The notes beneath the pieces were generated by a model. That model had not been told where the DNA came from and made no database searches. It was given only the letters and a program-made list of their open reading frames with translations. Shown here one piece after another: positions 33,444 to 36,077 of a DNA stretch of 36,077 bases. The stretch covers positions 1 through 36,077 of the forward strand of contig CAZEBL010000001.1 in the NCBI GenBank assembly GCA_964510325.1. The letters run 5' to 3'. Both the position numbers and the translations under genes were made by a program. Source of the DNA: an uncultured Melioribacter sp. (GTDB taxonomy: Bacteria; Bacteroidota; Ignavibacteria; Ignavibacteriales; Melioribacteraceae). Each line of letters starts with the position of its first letter. Position 1 is the stretch's first letter.

Positions 33444-36077
33444 ATGTTACTAACAAAATTTTCATTAAGACGACAGATAACACTCGTAATGATATACGGT
33501 GTGATAATCTTTTTCAGTTTTTTTTCGTTTTCACAATTAAAGATCGATTTCTTCCCGGATATTACATTCCCGTTTGCAGGTGTAATTACTTCATACTCCG
33601 GTGTTGGTTCTGAAGATATAGAAAATCTAATAACAAGACCGATTGAAGAAGCTGTATCATCGGTAAAGAATATTGAAAAAGTTACTTCACAATCATTCAA
33701 AGGTTCTTCAACAGTTTTCCTTGAATTCAAGTATGGAACAAACATGGATAAAGCGGAAAACGATATAAGGAAGAATCTGGATTACATAAAAGATTATTTA
33801 CCAAAAGATGCAACTAGACCGCTGGTATTTGTTTTCGATCCATCAATGATGCCAATTAGCTATTTAACAATCAGTTCTCCATATCTTGGTCCGGCGGAAT
33901 TGAGAAAGTTAGCAGAAGAAAAAATTGAACCTTTATTCGAAAGAGTTGATGGAGTTGCTTCTGTTCAAACAATGGGTGGTCAGCAGAGACAGATTAATGT
34001 TAATATTAATCCGGTTCTTCTTGCATCATACGACTTAACGCCGAACGATGTTTTACAATCAGTGCAGTTTGGAAGCGGATTACAACCGGCCGGAACAATT
34101 GAAACGATAAATAAAAATTATAGTCTTCGTGTTTTGAGTGAATACAGTTCACTCGATCAGATAAGAAATACAATCCTTACTTATAAAAATGGTATTCCGG
34201 TTTATGTTAAAGAAGTTGCAGAAGTAATTGATGGATTTAAGGAGAATGCCAACGAAGTGCGTGCTGATTACGGCGAAGGTATTATGATGATTATTATGAA
34301 ACAATCTGATGCTAATACCGTTCTTACTTCCAGAAAAGTTAAAGAAGCAATTCCTGATATTATGTCAAGACTTCCGCAAGGAACTAAACTAAGTGTAATG
34401 TGGGATCAATCGGATTTTATTCTTAAGTCTGTTAATAACCTCCGTAACACTGCATTGATTGCATTTGCTCTTGCATTTATTGTAATCTACTTCTTCTTAA
34501 GAAATTTCAGGGGAAGTTTGATTATGGGAATCTCTATTCCTGTTTCTGTAATAGCTACTTTTGCGGTAATGTATGCAGCTAACTTAACGTTGAATATTAT
34601 TTCAATGGCGGGACTTGCACTTGCAATTGGAATGCTTGTGGATAACTCAATTGTAGTTCTCGAAAATATCTACCGCCACCGCGAGATGGAAAAAAACCGC
34701 TTGGATGCAGCAGATCATGGAACTTCGGAAGTAGGACTGGCAATTACAGTTTCTACACTTACAACAATAAGCGTTTTTCTCCCAGTATTATTCGTTCCGA
34801 ATATTACAGGTCAATTGTTTAAGGATATGGTTTTAACAATTACTTTCAGTCTTCTTGTTTCATTAATTGTTGCAATAACACTCGTTCCGTTGATGTCCGC
34901 AAAAATTTTAAAAGTTGAAGAAGACAAAGGTGGAAATAAGCTTGCCCGATTCAAATTCAGAATTGGAGAATGGTTAAATAAAATGACCGATAAATATTCT
35001 CGGATCCTACACTGGTCAATCGATCATAAAAAAGTTGTATTGATAACCGTGTTTGTATTATTTGTATTATCGATTGGATTAGCAACAATGCTTGGTGGCG
35101 AGTTTCTACCAAAATCCGATCAGGGCTTAATAAATGTTTTGCTCGAATCGCCGTCCGGAACACCAATAGAACAAACAAGAATTTATGCCTATAAAATTGA
35201 AGACATTGTAAAGGAAGTGATAGATAAAGAAGATTTTGAATCGCTCTCAATTTTTTATGGTGAAAGGGAAGGTATAGGTGCCTTTGGAACATCCCCAAGT
35301 ACTTTAGAAATATTTGTTAAACTAACACCCAGAAATATAAGGAAGCATTCCCAGTTTGAATTATCGGATAGGTTGCGAGCTAAGTTTGATAAACTTCCCG
35401 GTGTTACTTATACATTTCAGGAAGGCGGAGCATTTACTACTGAGAAAGATATAGAAGTTAAAATAATCGGTTTTGATGTTGATGGTGCTAAAGCAATTGC
35501 AAAAGATTTGAAATCGAAAATGGAAAAAGTAAAAGGTCTTGTAGATATCTCGCTTAACACAAAAGAGACTACACCTGAACTTCAGGTTCATCTGAATAAA
35601 GATCTTCTTAATCATTATAATCTTTCTACTATGCAGGTTGCCGGAAATATCTCTACTGCAATTCAGGGACGGGTTGCCTCGCAATATAGAGAAAAGGGTG
35701 ACGAGTATGATATTTACGTCCGCTTTGCAAAAGATTTCCGTAATAAGAAAGAATCGCTTGAACAGATTGAATTAACATTACCGACCGGCGGAAGAGTTAA
35801 ACTGAAGGATCTTGCTGTTATTAGTGAAGAGCAATCGAGTCCAACAATATTCAGAGAAAACCAGAGCCGGTTTGTATCGGTTGGATGCGGACTTTCGGGA
35901 ATCGACTTATCGACAGCGGTAAAAGAAATTAAAAATATTATTTCGGATACTCCAATACCATCTGAATTTCAGGTAATAATAGGCGGTACTGCAGAAGATC
36001 AGCAGGAAGCATTTTTCTATCTTGCTCTCGCTTTCTTTGCAGCAATAATTCTTGTTTACATGATTATGGCATCGCAG
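33444..36077 (+). CDS. RND efflux transporter permease (AcrB/HAE1-type), 3'-truncated by the window edge; not in the ORF track
   Basis: My own translation from the ATG at 33444 begins MLLTKFSLRRQITLVMIYGVIIFFSFFSFSQLKIDFFPDITFPFAGVITSYSGVGSEDIENLITRPIEEAV.... The frame stays open to the last base (878 codons). TM-rich segments (e.g. GLALAIGMLVDNSIVVLENI) are typical of RND pumps. Confidence 0.9.
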   Translation, partial: MLLTKFSLRRQITLVMIYGVIIFFSFFSFSQLKIDFFPDITFPFAGVITSYSGVGSEDIENLITRPIEEAVSSVKNIEKVTSQSFKGSSTVFLEFKYGTNMDKAENDIRKNLDYIKDYLPKDATRPLVFVFDPSMMPISYLTISSPYLGPAELRKLAEEKIEPLFERVDGVASVQTMGGQQRQINVNINPVLLASYDLTPNDVLQSVQFGSGLQPAGTIETINKNYSLRVLSEYSSLDQIRNTILTYKNGIPVYVKEVAEVIDGFKENANEVRADYGEGIMMIIMKQSDANTVLTSRKVKEAIPDIMSRLPQGTKLSVMWDQSDFILKSVNNLRNTALIAFALAFIVIYFFLRNFRGSLIMGISIPVSVIATFAVMYAANLTLNIISMAGLALAIGMLVDNSIVVLENIYRHREMEKNRLDAADHGTSEVGLAITVSTLTTISVFLPVLFVPNITGQLFKDMVLTITFSLLVSLIVAITLVPLMSAKILKVEEDKGGNKLARFKFRIGEWLNKMTDKYSRILHWSIDHKKVVLITVFVLFVLSIGLATMLGGEFLPKSDQGLINVLLESPSGTPIEQTRIYAYKIEDIVKEVIDKEDFESLSIFYGEREGIGAFGTSPSTLEIFVKLTPRNIRKHSQFELSDRLRAKFDKLPGVTYTFQEGGAFTTEKDIEVKIIGFDVDGAKAIAKDLKSKMEKVKGLVDISLNTKETTPELQVHLNKDLLNHYNLSTMQVAGNISTAIQGRVASQYREKGDEYDIYVRFAKDFRNKKESLEQIELTLPTGGRVKLKDLAVISEEQSSPTIFRENQSRFVSVGCGLSGIDLSTAVKEIKNIISDTPIPSEFQVIIGGTAEDQQEAFFYLALAFFAAIILVYMIMASQ

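Noticed and set aside
33422-35684. ORFs 33422-33613(+), 33437-33745(-), 34957-35298(-) and 35361-35684(-).
   Set aside because: They overlap the open, AcrB-like reading frame that starts at 33444 and runs to the window end. The RND frame carries the family motifs; these do not.
1-36077. Search for defence systems, prophage or mobile-element genes, and toxin-antitoxin pairs.
   Set aside because: Every sizeable ORF has a plausible housekeeping, envelope or transport assignment. No integrase, transposase, nuclease-helicase, methyltransferase or phage structural signatures were recognised. The only mobile-like signal is the non-coding hairpin repeat cluster.

Overview
This is an AT-rich chromosomal segment with about 30 tightly packed genes. 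It looks like an FCB-superphylum bacterium (Ignavibacteria/Bacteroidota-like). That placement is an inference from four things: a T9SS type-A C-terminal sorting domain, TonB-dependent receptors with CarboxypepD_reg N-domains, a DUF4249-type partner lipoprotein, and a TolC-first RND operon. No integrase, transposase, CRISPR array, toxin-antitoxin pair or recognisable defence genes were seen.

Gene content, left to right:
- a 5'-truncated M23 peptidase
- a 1215-aa Kgd/OdhA-type 2-oxoglutarate dehydrogenase E1 fused to an E2-like acyltransferase domain (minus strand)
- a compact LysW-carrier amino-acid biosynthesis operon: lysW (55 aa, missed by the ORF track), a homocitrate-synthase-like gene, lysX, lysY, a class-II glutamine-amidotransferase-like Ntn hydrolase, lysZ and lysJ
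- nuoABCDEF, which ends at a convergent terminator with no nuoG-N
- a minus-strand block: VanZ-like membrane protein, TMTC-like GT-C/TPR protein and a T9SS-sorted multi-domain surface protein
- a cluster of short hairpin repeats
- tRNA-Ser(GCT)
- a small His-rich anchored protein plus a TonB-dependent receptor
- acs
- a TonB-dependent receptor / DUF4249-like lipoprotein / PEGA + beta-propeller lipoprotein cassette
- tetR-tolC-MFP-RND, with the RND gene running off the 3' edge

The most interesting candidate is the Cys2 Ntn-amidohydrolase-like gene embedded in the LysW operon. No M20 LysK deacylase is present in the window. This gene may therefore be a non-orthologous enzyme that releases the product from the LysW gamma-glutamyl carrier. 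This is a hypothesis, not a demonstrated function.
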